IMG/VR virus record: IMGVR_UViG_3300021446_000194
DNA from: an uncultured virus (IMG/VR IMGVR_UViG_3300021446_000194)
Lineage: Varidnaviria > Helvetiavirae > Dividoviricota > Laserviricetes > Halopanivirales
Direction: 5' to 3' (one strand)
Length of the DNA stretch: 59,021 nucleotides
Made by a program: the position numbers and the translations under genes. Below are positions 45,760 to 55,804 of this stretch, one piece after another (position 1 is the first letter of the stretch; the number at the start of each line of letters is the position of its first letter). The notes below the pieces were generated by a model. The model was not told the DNA's origin and searched no databases. It was given only the letters and a program-made list of their open reading frames with translations.

Positions 45760-46296
45760 ATGGAACAGCAGGCTGCTGCCCGACTGACGGAAATGGACGT
45801 TGAGTACCGCGACCGAGAGGAGTCAAGTGGGGACGTAAATGTCCGGTTCGTGTACCAGCCGTCTGGCGGGATGGATATGGAAGAGTTCGAGACACAGCTC
45901 CGGGAGACTTTCGAGACCCACATTGCCGGGCTTAACGGCGTCGAGGACGTGTCGAGTCTCTTCACGATCACACCGGACGCCGGGGAAATCGAGGTAGTTG
46001 CCGAGAGCGACCAAGAGCCCGGCCGCAGCACACTGGTCACAATGATGTCGTCGGTGGCTATCGACGTGATGCTCGGCGAGGCTCCGAAGGCTGTGCTCGG
46101 CTTCGAGCAGTACGTGAGCCAGCAGGCACAAATGGTCCGTCAGCAGACGGACGTGAAGGCCGCTGTTGGAGGCGCACAGCCGCCCCAGCAGAACGATGCC
46201 CAGAGTCGGACCCGGAGGCTTCGACGCCGAGGAAACGCTGATGAGGGCGGGAGAGACGGCGACGATGCTGAAGCGGGAGTCGAAGAGACAGAGTGA
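45760..46296 (+). CDS. Hypothetical protein
   Basis: Acidic ORF; CCTTTTCAC box upstream. Confidence 0.75.
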   Translation: MEQQAAARLTEMDVEYRDREESSGDVNVRFVYQPSGGMDMEEFETQLRETFETHIAGLNGVEDVSSLFTITPDAGEIEVVAESDQEPGRSTLVTMMSSVAIDVMLGEAPKAVLGFEQYVSQQAQMVRQQTDVKAAVGGAQPPQQNDAQSRTRRLRRRGNADEGGRDGDDAEAGVEETE

Positions 46297-46310
46297 CTGT
46301 TTTCCTCGGG

Positions 46311-46724
46311 TTACAAGATCTTCGACCCTGCGCCAATAGCTGCCCCGAGAAGGGCCCCAGCGGCGGTCGTGCGACGTTTCTCGGTCGGGCATGAGGTCTT
46401 AACCGTGTCACCGGGGTTCAGGATGTGACGATGGTCGTGGGAGTCGTGAGAAACGATGAGAGATCTATCCCCCGTGTTCTTGAGGTTGATCGGGCCGTCA
46501 AATACCCACACGTCCGGCTGGCCGCCGATCTCGACACGATGGGTTTTGATTCGGCCGCTACCCCCGTCAGCAGCGTTCGCAGACAGGCGTCTTGGCGGCT
46601 GCTTCAACACACCTTTCCGGATCATTGACCCGTAGCTGAGCTTGTACTTTCCTCCTCTGGGCGCGTTGATAGTGAGTCGGTGATCCGCATCTGGATCGCC
46701 GCCGCAGAAGTCACACTCTGGCAT
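46311..46724 (-). CDS. Small protein with CxxC and hydrophobic C-terminal tail
   Basis: CDFC; AAGALLGAAIGAG tail. Confidence 0.65.
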   Translation of the reverse strand: MPECDFCGGDPDADHRLTINAPRGGKYKLSYGSMIRKGVLKQPPRRLSANAADGGSGRIKTHRVEIGGQPDVWVFDGPINLKNTGDRSLIVSHDSHDHRHILNPGDTVKTSCPTEKRRTTAAGALLGAAIGAGSKIL

Positions 46725-46729
46725 GGGCT

Positions 46730-47725
46730 CTATGCTGGCCCCGTGTCACGCTTGCCTGCTGATACGGGGTAGTCGCCGGGGGTGTTCGGGAGCGAAAACC
46801 CGACCGTTTTCGACTCGCTTGATGTCCCCGATTCAATGGTGACATCCTTGGTCGTGACCTCCTCACCGTCGATATCGACGTAGAGCGTTGTCGAGGCGTC
46901 GATGTCACCCGTGTTCTCCACCTCGATGTCCATGTTGATGAAGCCGCCCGGTGACCCTTCAGACGGGAGCCCAGAACACCCGGTGACGTTCACACCATCG
47001 GGCTGGGCCGGCGCAATGTCTATCTCCCCCGCGGTCACTTTGTCCACCTTGATCTCCGTGTTTGGCGGTTGTGGCTCCGTGAAACTTCCTGTCGAGGTGA
47101 CTGTCTTCTCGGAGTTTGCAGCAACGGTCACATCATTCGTTGCGAACTCTTTCCCTCCCAGGGAGTAGTTGAGGGTCATGGTTCCTTCAGCGTCGCCCGA
47201 ATTGTTCACGGTCGTTGAAATGGTCACCTCGTCGCCCACTTCGACGTATGTCTTGTCTATGCTGGCGTCGAAGATAGCCAAATTCGGCTGCGGGTCGGGG
47301 TCTGGGTCGGGTTCGGGCCCGGGGTCGACGGGGTCATCCGGCACTTCACTATCACCACCGCCACCGCCGTCGTCGCCGTCGTCACCGCTTCCTCCGTCGC
47401 CGCCGCCCGGCGGCCCTGGATCAGCTATGGGCCCCTGTCCAGGGAGGTGTCCCGCCTCTACCCCGAAGCGGCCCCTTTCGCGGGTACTCCGCCTCTGCCG
47501 TCTTCGGCGGGAGGAGCTTGCCCCTGGAGAGGGCGGGGCGGGGTCTGGCTCTGGAGTGGGTTGCGTTTCGACATCGTCGCTGTCCGAAGTGTCAGAGTTG
47601 AAGAGGCCGCGTATTCTGCTCAGGAACCCTGCTGAACTGACGGTTTCACTCTGCTCCTCGATCTCGAACAGCGGTGTGTTCTCGCTTGGGGAGGACTCGG
47701 AAGGCTCACCACGGTTCCGTGCCAT
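46730..47725 (-). CDS. Protein with two CARDB/Ig-like domains after a low-complexity N-terminus
   Basis: VEVGDEVTISTTVNNSGDAEG and DIEVENTGD motifs. Confidence 0.75.
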   Translation of the reverse strand: MARNRGEPSESSPSENTPLFEIEEQSETVSSAGFLSRIRGLFNSDTSDSDDVETQPTPEPDPAPPSPGASSSRRRRQRRSTRERGRFGVEAGHLPGQGPIADPGPPGGGDGGSGDDGDDGGGGGDSEVPDDPVDPGPEPDPDPDPQPNLAIFDASIDKTYVEVGDEVTISTTVNNSGDAEGTMTLNYSLGGKEFATNDVTVAANSEKTVTSTGSFTEPQPPNTEIKVDKVTAGEIDIAPAQPDGVNVTGCSGLPSEGSPGGFINMDIEVENTGDIDASTTLYVDIDGEEVTTKDVTIESGTSSESKTVGFSLPNTPGDYPVSAGKRDTGPA

Positions 47726-47727
47726 CT

Positions 47728-48123
47728 TCACACACCACGTTCTCGCTGTACGTTTTCGCGGCGGTCGGGGTCGTCATCGTCGGTACTTCCACCGAGGACG
47801 CTGAGACCGCTAACGGGTTCACTCACTTCTTTGAGGGTGGCCGTGGGCGTGTAGTCGCCTGGGTTTGCAGGGAGGGTTAGGGGGACGGTGACTGTAACGC
47901 TCCCGTCGGCTGGGACGTTGAAGTCGGCACTCCCGATTGTTTGTCCGCTGGCGGTCACTTCGACCGTTCCCGCTGCTCGGGTGGCATTGTTGTTCGATAC
48001 ATCGACGTTTACGCTGGCTGAACCTCCCGGGTTTGCCTCTGACGGGAGGCCAGAGCAATTGTCCGCTGACACGCGGGCAGCAGCGAACGCCTCTCTGACA
48101 GTAATGGAGCCGCAATCAACCAT
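47728..48123 (-). CDS. Single Ig-like domain protein, paralog of the second domain of 46730-47725
   Basis: Shared CSGLPSE..PGG and LP..PGDY. Confidence 0.75.
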   Translation of the reverse strand: MVDCGSITVREAFAAARVSADNCSGLPSEANPGGSASVNVDVSNNNATRAAGTVEVTASGQTIGSADFNVPADGSVTVTVPLTLPANPGDYTPTATLKEVSEPVSGLSVLGGSTDDDDPDRRENVQRERGV

Positions 48124-48164
48124 ACCCTATACTCGTTGAGGCCGAAACTTAGAAGTTTGCCCGT

Positions 48165-48803
48165 TCACAGATCCCGCTCCACAATCGGGTCTGGAGGCTC
48201 ATAGCCGGCGAAGCTCAGTTCATTCAGCAGCGTTCGCATGTCAACCGTGTAGTTCTTGTAGTAGTTGGGGTCGGCTGATACCCGGCGCTGGGGCTGGGCG
48301 TCGTAACTGACTTCGGCGTTCTCGGGGTGACCGAGAAGGTGGGCGACCCACGCCACCTCGAAAAGATACTCCGGAGTCTCGATACCCGAGCCACCTTGCA
48401 CTTGAACGACGCCGTCGACGCGCGTATCGACCACTGCTTCGGAGAGGCCACCTCCGGACTCGGGAAGGTCGATGTAGCTTCTGTTCCCCTCGATAATCAC
48501 GCTGGCGAAGGGGACGACGTGGAGTGGTTTGGTCTGTTGGTCATGTGGCTCAATCACGTCAAAGTCGGCGTCGGTCGCTGCCATGTGGAACAGGGAGTCG
48601 TGGTGGATTCGAGAGCGGTTTGCGACGAGGGTGAGGTTCGGCTCGTCGAGATAGAGGCCGGTGACTCCTGCCGTATCGTTATACTCACCGTCCCACGTCT
48701 GGCGGATATACTCGGCATCGTCGTCGCCTATCCCGCGACCAGGGTAAGCACGGATTGTCGGCGGGGAAAAGTCTTCGGGGGTGGGATCAAGCTCTGCAAT
48801 CAT
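48165..48803 (-). CDS. Hypothetical protein
   Basis: Acidic ORF; ATGA-coupled to the upstream gene. Confidence 0.75.
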   Translation of the reverse strand: MIAELDPTPEDFSPPTIRAYPGRGIGDDDAEYIRQTWDGEYNDTAGVTGLYLDEPNLTLVANRSRIHHDSLFHMAATDADFDVIEPHDQQTKPLHVVPFASVIIEGNRSYIDLPESGGGLSEAVVDTRVDGVVQVQGGSGIETPEYLFEVAWVAHLLGHPENAEVSYDAQPQRRVSADPNYYKNYTVDMRTLLNELSFAGYEPPDPIVERDL

Positions 48804-49879
48804 CGGAGCTCTGACCCCTCGCCAACGATGTCAAAAAGGCGGGTCATAACCTCCAGGGCCCGCTTCTGGGAGTAGATGTCCGTGAGGTTGACGTGGTGGT
48901 GAGTAATCTCCTCGTCAGTTGTCGGTTGTACCGCACTCGAAAACCGGGACTGGACGAGGGAGGAGCCATGGGAGTAACTGACTCCTTCGATGCTCTCAAG
49001 ATCGGCAACTGGACTGTCGGCGTTGCTGGGGTAGGGGACGCGGACCAACCCGTCGAGGACCCCACCCTGCCCCTGTTGGTCGACCTCTACCGACATCATG
49101 GCTCCGTAACTGGTGAAGGGATAGAGGGAGAGGTTTGTCGACTCGACTGTGTTGATCTGGAACTCACGCTGGGGGTTAGCGGACGAGAAGGGGCTCTGCC
49201 CGGGCAACCCGGCGTAGGTGACCCAGTCTCGTGGCGAGTCGTATTCGCCGTCTTCCCGCCGGTACAGCTTCTTCACGCCGTTCACACCCCAATGGAGGGT
49301 GAGCGCGGCGACGTTGGCGTTGTGCTCCGGTTCCCACTTCAAAGAGTCACGGCGCATGATCTCGGACCACAGCGCGTGACCGAGTATGTGGTCTACGATG
49401 AACCCATCGCCTCCGCCCACGTCGACGCCGACAGCGCCGAGGACCTGATCGGCAGTGAGTCCGTAAATCTCGACTGCACCGTCCCGACGGACGGTTAGCC
49501 CCTGGTCGAGCGGTGGCTCGAAATCCATCGCCCCGCCCATTTGGAACACCTGCCGTACAGCAGTCTCCACATCGGCGACTTCGGCATCCAGTTGAGACAA
49601 CCGGATGTAGTCTTCGTTCCATTGGTTAGTTAGCTGCCGGGCGCGGTACTCGACGCCGTACTGCGGCTGTGGGATGTCAATATCCTCGTTCGCCCCCAGG
49701 ATCGCTGACAACACGCCGCCAGGACCGTAGTCTTCGACTGCCTCCCTAAGCGGCCCCGAAGCGCGTGGGGCGTAATTCCGCCGGCTTTTGTCGGCCATGT
49801 TGTCCAGCCGGGACTGGACGATCTGCACAATACGGTCGTCGTCCGGGTTGCGGCCGTTGTCGCCCGGTATGCCATCCAT
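48800..49879 (-). CDS. Hypothetical protein
   Basis: 359-aa acidic ORF. Confidence 0.8.
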   Translation of the reverse strand: MDGIPGDNGRNPDDDRIVQIVQSRLDNMADKSRRNYAPRASGPLREAVEDYGPGGVLSAILGANEDIDIPQPQYGVEYRARQLTNQWNEDYIRLSQLDAEVADVETAVRQVFQMGGAMDFEPPLDQGLTVRRDGAVEIYGLTADQVLGAVGVDVGGGDGFIVDHILGHALWSEIMRRDSLKWEPEHNANVAALTLHWGVNGVKKLYRREDGEYDSPRDWVTYAGLPGQSPFSSANPQREFQINTVESTNLSLYPFTSYGAMMSVEVDQQGQGGVLDGLVRVPYPSNADSPVADLESIEGVSYSHGSSLVQSRFSSAVQPTTDEEITHHHVNLTDIYSQKRALEVMTRLFDIVGEGSELR

Positions 49880-49905
49880 ACCTCAGTATGGGTTAGCCTA
49901 CCCCT

Positions 49906-50637
49906 TCAATTCCGCCCCTCGATCTTGGCTTCGATATCTTCCCGAATGGACTGCTTATCGCTCTTTCCACTCTCGGACTCGGAAAGGAGGCCAGCATCCC
50001 GAGCGAGATCACCCAGAACGCCTTGGATACGGCCGAAGGAACGGTTCTCGGGGGTAGCGTTCACTGGGACGTGAAATGTCGACACACACTCCATTGAGAA
50101 CGGCCGAAGGATCTGTTTGCTTGTTTCTGGACTCTGGGCCTGTGCGAGCTCTCGGACAATGTCGCGGCGCTCGACAGGACTTAGTTGACGCCCTTTACTG
50201 TTAGGCGTCAGCGTGCGGAGGACTGCCGTCGACGGCGTCGACGTGGCCTCAGGAGCGTCGGCCCCGATTACGGCGTACCCACGGACCCCACCAGTGTCGC
50301 TGTACGGCGCGGCACGGATGATGTGGTACCCGAACGTCTCGTAGTCAGCGGTGGAAAGCGTCGCCGCGTTCGAGGGCGGGTGCGTATGGATCTCAATGTG
50401 TTCCCGAGCGTTGTCTGGGACGGGCTGGGTCGCAACGTAGTCGCTGTTCCCGACCCGAATCCGAGTCCTCCCCCACCGACTACCGGGCGTCGAAAACACA
50501 GTCATAGAGCGTTCCTTGCCGTCGCCCACAGTCGAAATGTACATCTCCCGGAGAACGCCCTCAAAGCAACGCAGTAGGTAGTCGCAGGGTGTCTCGTCTG
50601 GACGTGGACTGGGACGGAGCGATTCGTTCTGACTCAT
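49906..50637 (-). CDS. JAB/MPN(JAMM)-like metalloprotease domain protein
   Basis: KER...IHTHPPSNAATLSTAD (E, HxH, SxxD). Confidence 0.7.
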   Translation of the reverse strand: MSQNESLRPSPRPDETPCDYLLRCFEGVLREMYISTVGDGKERSMTVFSTPGSRWGRTRIRVGNSDYVATQPVPDNAREHIEIHTHPPSNAATLSTADYETFGYHIIRAAPYSDTGGVRGYAVIGADAPEATSTPSTAVLRTLTPNSKGRQLSPVERRDIVRELAQAQSPETSKQILRPFSMECVSTFHVPVNATPENRSFGRIQGVLGDLARDAGLLSESESGKSDKQSIREDIEAKIEGRN

Positions 50638-50828
50638 GCCCACGGGTAGATACTGAGGGTGCAAAAGCCCGGTGGCAGGGTAGTATCCCCAGCCACACGA
50701 ACCCCGCTGATGCCCATGTTTGGTCGGCGACCGACTACGAGGGGGAGTGTCGAGGGTATCGCCGTTCTCGGGAGGGTACCAGGGTAGGTGCCTCCCAGCG
50801 CGTCCTGGGTGGGCGCATGTGTTAAAGC

Positions 50829-51806
50829 TTACCCACCTTGCCGCCCCTTCTGGCTAAGCACGCCGCTCATCTCGCTGTGTTTCTGCGCGTCGAAGTGGGT
50901 GTACCGGCTTGCATCCGACTCTTTCCCGAGGTAGTCGCCGATCTCGTCGGCCGTATACCCCTGCATCCCCAACCATGAACCAACCGTGTGGCGGAAAAGG
51001 TGTGGATGCAGACGGCTCCCATCAACTTCAGGGTGGTCAGCCCGTTCCCCGATGCTGGTGACCAGCCCTCGGACGTAGGACTCCCGAACGCGGTTCTGGC
51101 CTTTGTACGGCTCCGTCTGATTGACCGTATCGTTCACGAAGAGTGCGCCGTCATCGCCGTCAACACGAGCATACTCACCGATGCCCTTAATGTACGCTCG
51201 AATCGCCTCAACGTCCTCCTCGTAGAGTAACCGTCGGTCGGTGACTTCGTTCCGCCGCTTGGTCCGCTCTACACGCACGAACCCCCCGACCGTACCCGCT
51301 TCGTCAGGATGATCCGCAACAAAGTCTTCGCCGCGGTGCTCCGTCGGCGGCTCAAAGACTACGTCGCCGCGGTCGAGGGCGACAAGCTCCCCGACCCGCA
51401 TACCTGTCCGAATGAAGAGCATGACCATCGCCAGATCCCGTGCATCTTCGCAAGCAGCCTCACGGACAGCAGAGAACTCCTCTTCACTCAAGTAGTCGGG
51501 CGTCCCTCCCGATGTCACCTCGAACCGCTCGCGGAACCATTGCTTCAGCGGCATGATGTCGACAGACCGATCCTCAACGACGAGATACTTCACAAACGCG
51601 GATTTCTCGACGTTCAGGGTCGAACCGGCAAGCATCGCCCGATCCATGAGGTAGTCCTGAAACTCAGAAGTCGTCACTTCACCGTCACCTGATCGCCACT
51701 CCTCGAACCGACGCAGGGCCCCGAGGTACTTCTGCATGGTCCCCTCGGCTAACTCTCCGTTTCTCACACGGGAGTTGAGGTACTTCTCGTACCGATCAAG
51801 CTCCAT
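50829..51806 (-). CDS. Tyrosine recombinase (XerC/D-like)
   Basis: TGMRVGEL, TK, HLFRH and RYTH catalytic motifs; N-terminal core-binding domain. Confidence 0.92.
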   Translation of the reverse strand: MELDRYEKYLNSRVRNGELAEGTMQKYLGALRRFEEWRSGDGEVTTSEFQDYLMDRAMLAGSTLNVEKSAFVKYLVVEDRSVDIMPLKQWFRERFEVTSGGTPDYLSEEEFSAVREAACEDARDLAMVMLFIRTGMRVGELVALDRGDVVFEPPTEHRGEDFVADHPDEAGTVGGFVRVERTKRRNEVTDRRLLYEEDVEAIRAYIKGIGEYARVDGDDGALFVNDTVNQTEPYKGQNRVRESYVRGLVTSIGERADHPEVDGSRLHPHLFRHTVGSWLGMQGYTADEIGDYLGKESDASRYTHFDAQKHSEMSGVLSQKGRQGG

Positions 51807-51845
51807 AGCTCCGCTTCGTGGCCGCCGCAGAAAGTTGTTCCCCCG

Positions 51846-52289
51846 CTAATCGTCTCCCGTCCCATCCTCAACGTCGATATCTTTCGGCAGGATGAACGGG
51901 TCAGGTGGATAGATCTTCTCAGCGTTCTCCGGGTGGCATATCGGACAATCGCCGTTGCCACAGTCTTCCCCGTCGGCCAAAATGTCGTGTAACGCTCGGA
52001 AGTTCCGCTGAATCCGCTTCTCGTTGTTGTCTACATCCGCATGGAGACGTTCAACATCCCTGTCGACATCCTCCACCTGCTCTGAAAGTGTATCAAGACG
52101 GGTCCCATGGGTTTCAAGCGTGTCCCCAACGCGGCCGATTGCCGTCTCTTGCTCTTCCAGCTTCTCTTCACGCTGGCTCGCTGCTTCTGAGCGCCGCCCT
52201 AATCGGTAAACAATCCCACCAACGGCAATGAGCACACCAAGCAGCGTGATTAGCGACCCTATCGTACCCGAACTGACGCCGAAGGGCAT
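51846..52289 (-). CDS. Membrane-anchored coiled-coil protein with Cys cluster
   Basis: N-terminal TM, heptads, CGNGDCPIC. Confidence 0.75.
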   Translation of the reverse strand: MPFGVSSGTIGSLITLLGVLIAVGGIVYRLGRRSEAASQREEKLEEQETAIGRVGDTLETHGTRLDTLSEQVEDVDRDVERLHADVDNNEKRIQRNFRALHDILADGEDCGNGDCPICHPENAEKIYPPDPFILPKDIDVEDGTGDD

Positions 52290-52292
52290 TGT

Positions 52293-52496
52293 TTAGCTGC
52301 CTCCACCATCATCGCCTCTCTTCCGCTTGGTTTTGTGGTAACGCGAAGAAAGACCGTAGGCACTCAATACTGTGAACAATACACCGACGACGGCAGATTC
52401 TGGAACTGACCCGTAGGCGCCGCCTACGATCACTCCAATGACCACGACTGAAGCGACTAGATCCCTTCCTTCGATCTCGATTCCCTGGAGTCTCAT
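52293..52496 (-). CDS. Small two-TM protein with basic tail (holin-like layout)
   Basis: Two hydrophobic helices followed by HKTKRKR. Confidence 0.5.
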   Translation of the reverse strand: MRLQGIEIEGRDLVASVVVIGVIVGGAYGSVPESAVVGVLFTVLSAYGLSSRYHKTKRKRGDDGGGS

Positions 52497-52601
52497 GCAA
52501 CCCTATTGAACGTCCCACAGTTTCAAGATGTGGGTATATTTCCATGGCATCTCTGGCAGTAAGCCGTTCCTAATTGGACGGGACCCCTCTGAGAAAGCGT
52601 T

Positions 52602-52790
52602 TCACTCCCGAACGATTTCAGAATTGCTCACGCCGATACCAAGGTTGAATATCTGAGCCTTCTCGTCGGCAATCGAGCGGATCTCGCCATCAGACAGCGC
52701 AGTAAAATCGGTTGAGTTGTCGACGTAACTTAGCCCTTCTTCGCCATTATCCGCCGTCACGACGAGGGAGTGATTATTAACCCGGATCAT
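52602..52790 (-). CDS. Small hypothetical protein
   Basis: ATGA-coupled to the upstream gene. Confidence 0.6.
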   Translation of the reverse strand: MIRVNNHSLVVTADNGEEGLSYVDNSTDFTALSDGEIRSIADEKAQIFNLGIGVSNSEIVRE

Positions 52791-53332
52791 GTGCGGATAC
52801 CTTCTGCAACGACTGTGATATTATAGCTATCTCCATCCATAGCCATCTGAATCTGACTGCTGTTCCGACTGTAGGTTCGTCCCTGGGGTGTCCCGAGGTC
52901 GTTGATTGTACGGTCAACGATTGGTGAGGAGTTACGGGTAATCCTCAACAGATCATAGAACCGATTGTTGTTCTCGTCGTTCCCGTAGACGTGCATTCGG
53001 TAACCGCCCGCAGAGTTCGGGAGGGTGAGGATCGTCGTTGCAGTTGTCGAGACAGAATCGGTTCCCTGGGCTCGGGTCAAGGCCCCACGACCACTTGTCC
53101 CAATTTTTGACTTCTCGAACTCTAAAGTCGTGCCGGCAGCAATCTCGTCGCCGAGTATTGCACTATCCGCGCTGAGTTTGCCGATACCCGTTATGTTGAA
53201 CCCCGCAGCATCGAGGGCAGCAATGAGCTTTCCAACATCTATTTCCTCTGTACTTACCGATGCGGGAGAGATCTCTTCGCCGCCTTCCTCATCTGAACTG
53301 TGGTCGTGTCGGGAAAGTTGGTCGACGCCCAT
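52787..53332 (-). CDS. Putative spike or fibre protein
   Basis: HDHS...GG..ISPASV N-terminal motif; beta-rich head. Confidence 0.5.
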   Translation of the reverse strand: MGVDQLSRHDHSSDEEGGEEISPASVSTEEIDVGKLIAALDAAGFNITGIGKLSADSAILGDEIAAGTTLEFEKSKIGTSGRGALTRAQGTDSVSTTATTILTLPNSAGGYRMHVYGNDENNNRFYDLLRITRNSSPIVDRTINDLGTPQGRTYSRNSSQIQMAMDGDSYNITVVAEGIRT

Positions 53333-53397
53333 TGTGTACGTTACTGGTACGCAGGGAGGTAAGCGTTGGTGTCCGACCCAGACACCGCCTAACAGCC

Positions 53398-54717
53398 TCA
53401 GTAGCCCTCGGAGAGCCGTGCGCGGATGGGGTCGGCATCTGCGGCGTTGCCGCGGTGGGCTGCTGTGACCAGCCTCGTGGCCCGGTCGGGGACCGTGTTG
53501 CCCGTCCGCTCGTCGGCGAACTCGATAGCCGTTGAGTCAGAGCCTTTCAGCGGGAGCGCCTCGCGTAGCACCGCCGTTTCTGGACTGTATCCGGTTGCCT
53601 CAGTGTCTACGTCGACCTGACTCTCGTCGCCCGTGTCGTCACCATGCGGTTGACGGAAGTTCGCGCCGGTGAGCGCCGTCTCGGGGTCGTACTCGTCCCA
53701 CACGAAGACGTATATATCGTTCGTCGGTCGGATCTCGAAACTATCGGTATTCAGCGGCATCGTATCCCGTCCCCGTCGACGCACGGCAAGTAGCGGAACC
53801 CCGGGTTCGGCGAAGGGGTCGACAGTGTTGTTGTTGGACACGGTTGCTGTGTCAATAGACTGGTTTTGCGTGGTGCGCCCGGTGACGGTCCGGCGGATGT
53901 TCCGCCCAGAGCGGGTCGCCCCGAACACGGAGTATTGGACACCGCCGGTATAGAGTTGTAGGGGGTCGGCGGTGCCTTGGTTATCCACGATGAACTGAAT
54001 GGGGAGGTTCGGCGTCCCCATCGTGGGGGAGGTATCGGGCGTAAACTGGTGGACTGCTCGGAGGCGGTCGAGTTGCGCGTCGACGTACCCGATGGTGAGG
54101 GGGTTAGCGTTGTACCACGTGTAGGGCTGGTTCCACGTGAGCCCCGACGACAGCGACAGTTCACCAGCACCTTCGCCCGGGTCGAGGACGGTATCGCGGT
54201 TCCACTCAGCCTGTGCAACGGGCGAGCCGCCGACATGGGCCGATTCTTTGCGGAGGAACGCTGACAGGCCGTTGCTGTCGAGGAGGAGACCGAGGCCGTT
54301 CTCGATAGTCTTACTCGATCTATCATAGGTGAATGCTCCCCATATCATCCGACCGTGGGTGAGCTTGACCGCACCGTTGGAATCGAACTGGAGGTGCGTC
54401 TCGGGAATGCGGATGGCCTGCCCCGGCTCAGCCTGCGCGTGTGAAACGTACTCGCCGGAGATGGCCGTTCGGAGCCGGGCCGTGTCGCTGCCGGTCGCCG
54501 TCGTTGCCAGCTCTATCTCGCCGGTGCTGCCGGTGATGTTGCTTTTGTCGAAGTCGGTCCCGTTGGAAGCGTAGAACCACCGCTTTTTCGAGACGGGGTA
54601 GTCGGGGTCGATGGAGAACTGAACCGTCTGCGGAGCGGTCTTGCGTGCCCGGTACGGCGTGTCCGCCGCCTGCTCAGATGCAGGCGTTCCGACATCCGCT
54701 ACTTGGTCATAAGGCAT
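53398..54717 (-). CDS. Beta-rich (ConA/lectin-like) virion protein
   Basis: LATTATGSDTARLRT...WG.F....GLG...WY...NLPIQF pattern. Confidence 0.5.
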   Translation of the reverse strand: MPYDQVADVGTPASEQAADTPYRARKTAPQTVQFSIDPDYPVSKKRWFYASNGTDFDKSNITGSTGEIELATTATGSDTARLRTAISGEYVSHAQAEPGQAIRIPETHLQFDSNGAVKLTHGRMIWGAFTYDRSSKTIENGLGLLLDSNGLSAFLRKESAHVGGSPVAQAEWNRDTVLDPGEGAGELSLSSGLTWNQPYTWYNANPLTIGYVDAQLDRLRAVHQFTPDTSPTMGTPNLPIQFIVDNQGTADPLQLYTGGVQYSVFGATRSGRNIRRTVTGRTTQNQSIDTATVSNNNTVDPFAEPGVPLLAVRRRGRDTMPLNTDSFEIRPTNDIYVFVWDEYDPETALTGANFRQPHGDDTGDESQVDVDTEATGYSPETAVLREALPLKGSDSTAIEFADERTGNTVPDRATRLVTAAHRGNAADADPIRARLSEGY

Positions 54718-54726
54718 CGGTCAGAC

Positions 54727-55644
54727 TCACCGCTCCGTGTCCGCGTGGACGTTGATGTTGTTCTGTGCGGCACCGGACTCGTCGGTGACCGTTATCGACA
54801 CCTGCGGCGCTTTTCGGACGAGGCGGGCGTAGTCCTCTGTGATAGTGTCGAGGCCGATGTCGGTGGCGTCCTCGGTCTGAAACACGTTGCCCGAGTCGTC
54901 TTCCCACGAAACCGAGACGGAGAAGGCGTTGTTGTCGGTCGACGTGGCGGCGATTATGACGGCCGTGCCACGCTCGACCGCTCCGGGGCCGATGGCAAGG
55001 TCGCCCGAACCAACCAAGTCGTGTCCGATAGTCTGACTACCTAGGTAGTCGGTGGCAAGAGCAGGGTCGACCTGCGTGCCCGTGCTGTCTTCGACGCCGA
55101 CCGGGGACTGCTGTTCAACCCGGAGCTCGTCGTCGCCGACTGACGCCAGCGCCGCGGCGATAGCTGTCACGAGCGCCGTCTCGGTACCAGCGAGGTCGGT
55201 GTCCAACTCCTCGGCTTGGACTTCTGCGGCGTTGCCTGTATCGTCTTGGCCGTAGAGGTTTACGCCGAACTTGTCTGTTCCGTTGGACTCCAGCGCGTTC
55301 TCCAGGGCCGCTGTCGCGGGGTCAACGCCGTTCCCGTTGGTGTCGAACACGCGGGCTCGCAACTCGTCTTCTGCAACCGTCTGGAGGGCGCGAGCAGCAA
55401 ACGTAAGCAACCCCGCGTCGGTGGCGGCCGCATCTGTGTTGAGTGCCTGTTCAACTACTTCTTCCCCGTCAGAGCCGGTAATGCGGACGACTACTTCGTC
55501 CGTGTCGTTGGATTTGAGCGCCTCTTCGAGCGCGTCCGTTGCCGGATTGATCGGGTTTCCAGCACTGTCGTACAGACGGGAGCGTATCTCGTCAATCCCA
55601 ATGGACTCAAGAACGTCGTCAGGCAACCGGTTAGTTTCCTCCAT
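54727..55644 (-). CDS. Putative spike protein with internal repeats
   Basis: R..D..GN...PAT.ALE.AL.SN.TD twice; QQSPVGVEDSTGTQVDP. Confidence 0.6.
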   Translation of the reverse strand: MEETNRLPDDVLESIGIDEIRSRLYDSAGNPINPATDALEEALKSNDTDEVVVRITGSDGEEVVEQALNTDAAATDAGLLTFAARALQTVAEDELRARVFDTNGNGVDPATAALENALESNGTDKFGVNLYGQDDTGNAAEVQAEELDTDLAGTETALVTAIAAALASVGDDELRVEQQSPVGVEDSTGTQVDPALATDYLGSQTIGHDLVGSGDLAIGPGAVERGTAVIIAATSTDNNAFSVSVSWEDDSGNVFQTEDATDIGLDTITEDYARLVRKAPQVSITVTDESGAAQNNINVHADTER

Positions 55645-55804
55645 ATCCGGACAATGAGGGTCAACCCCCTAATAATCTCGCCCAAGAGAGCTCCTACAAG
55701 CTCCGACAGAGAACCAAGAAGCACCGACCTTAACCATCGAGGGGCGAGTATGACCGAACGCGGTAGGTCGGGGAAGTTCACACCCTGTAAGCACACCGAG
55801 TCGC

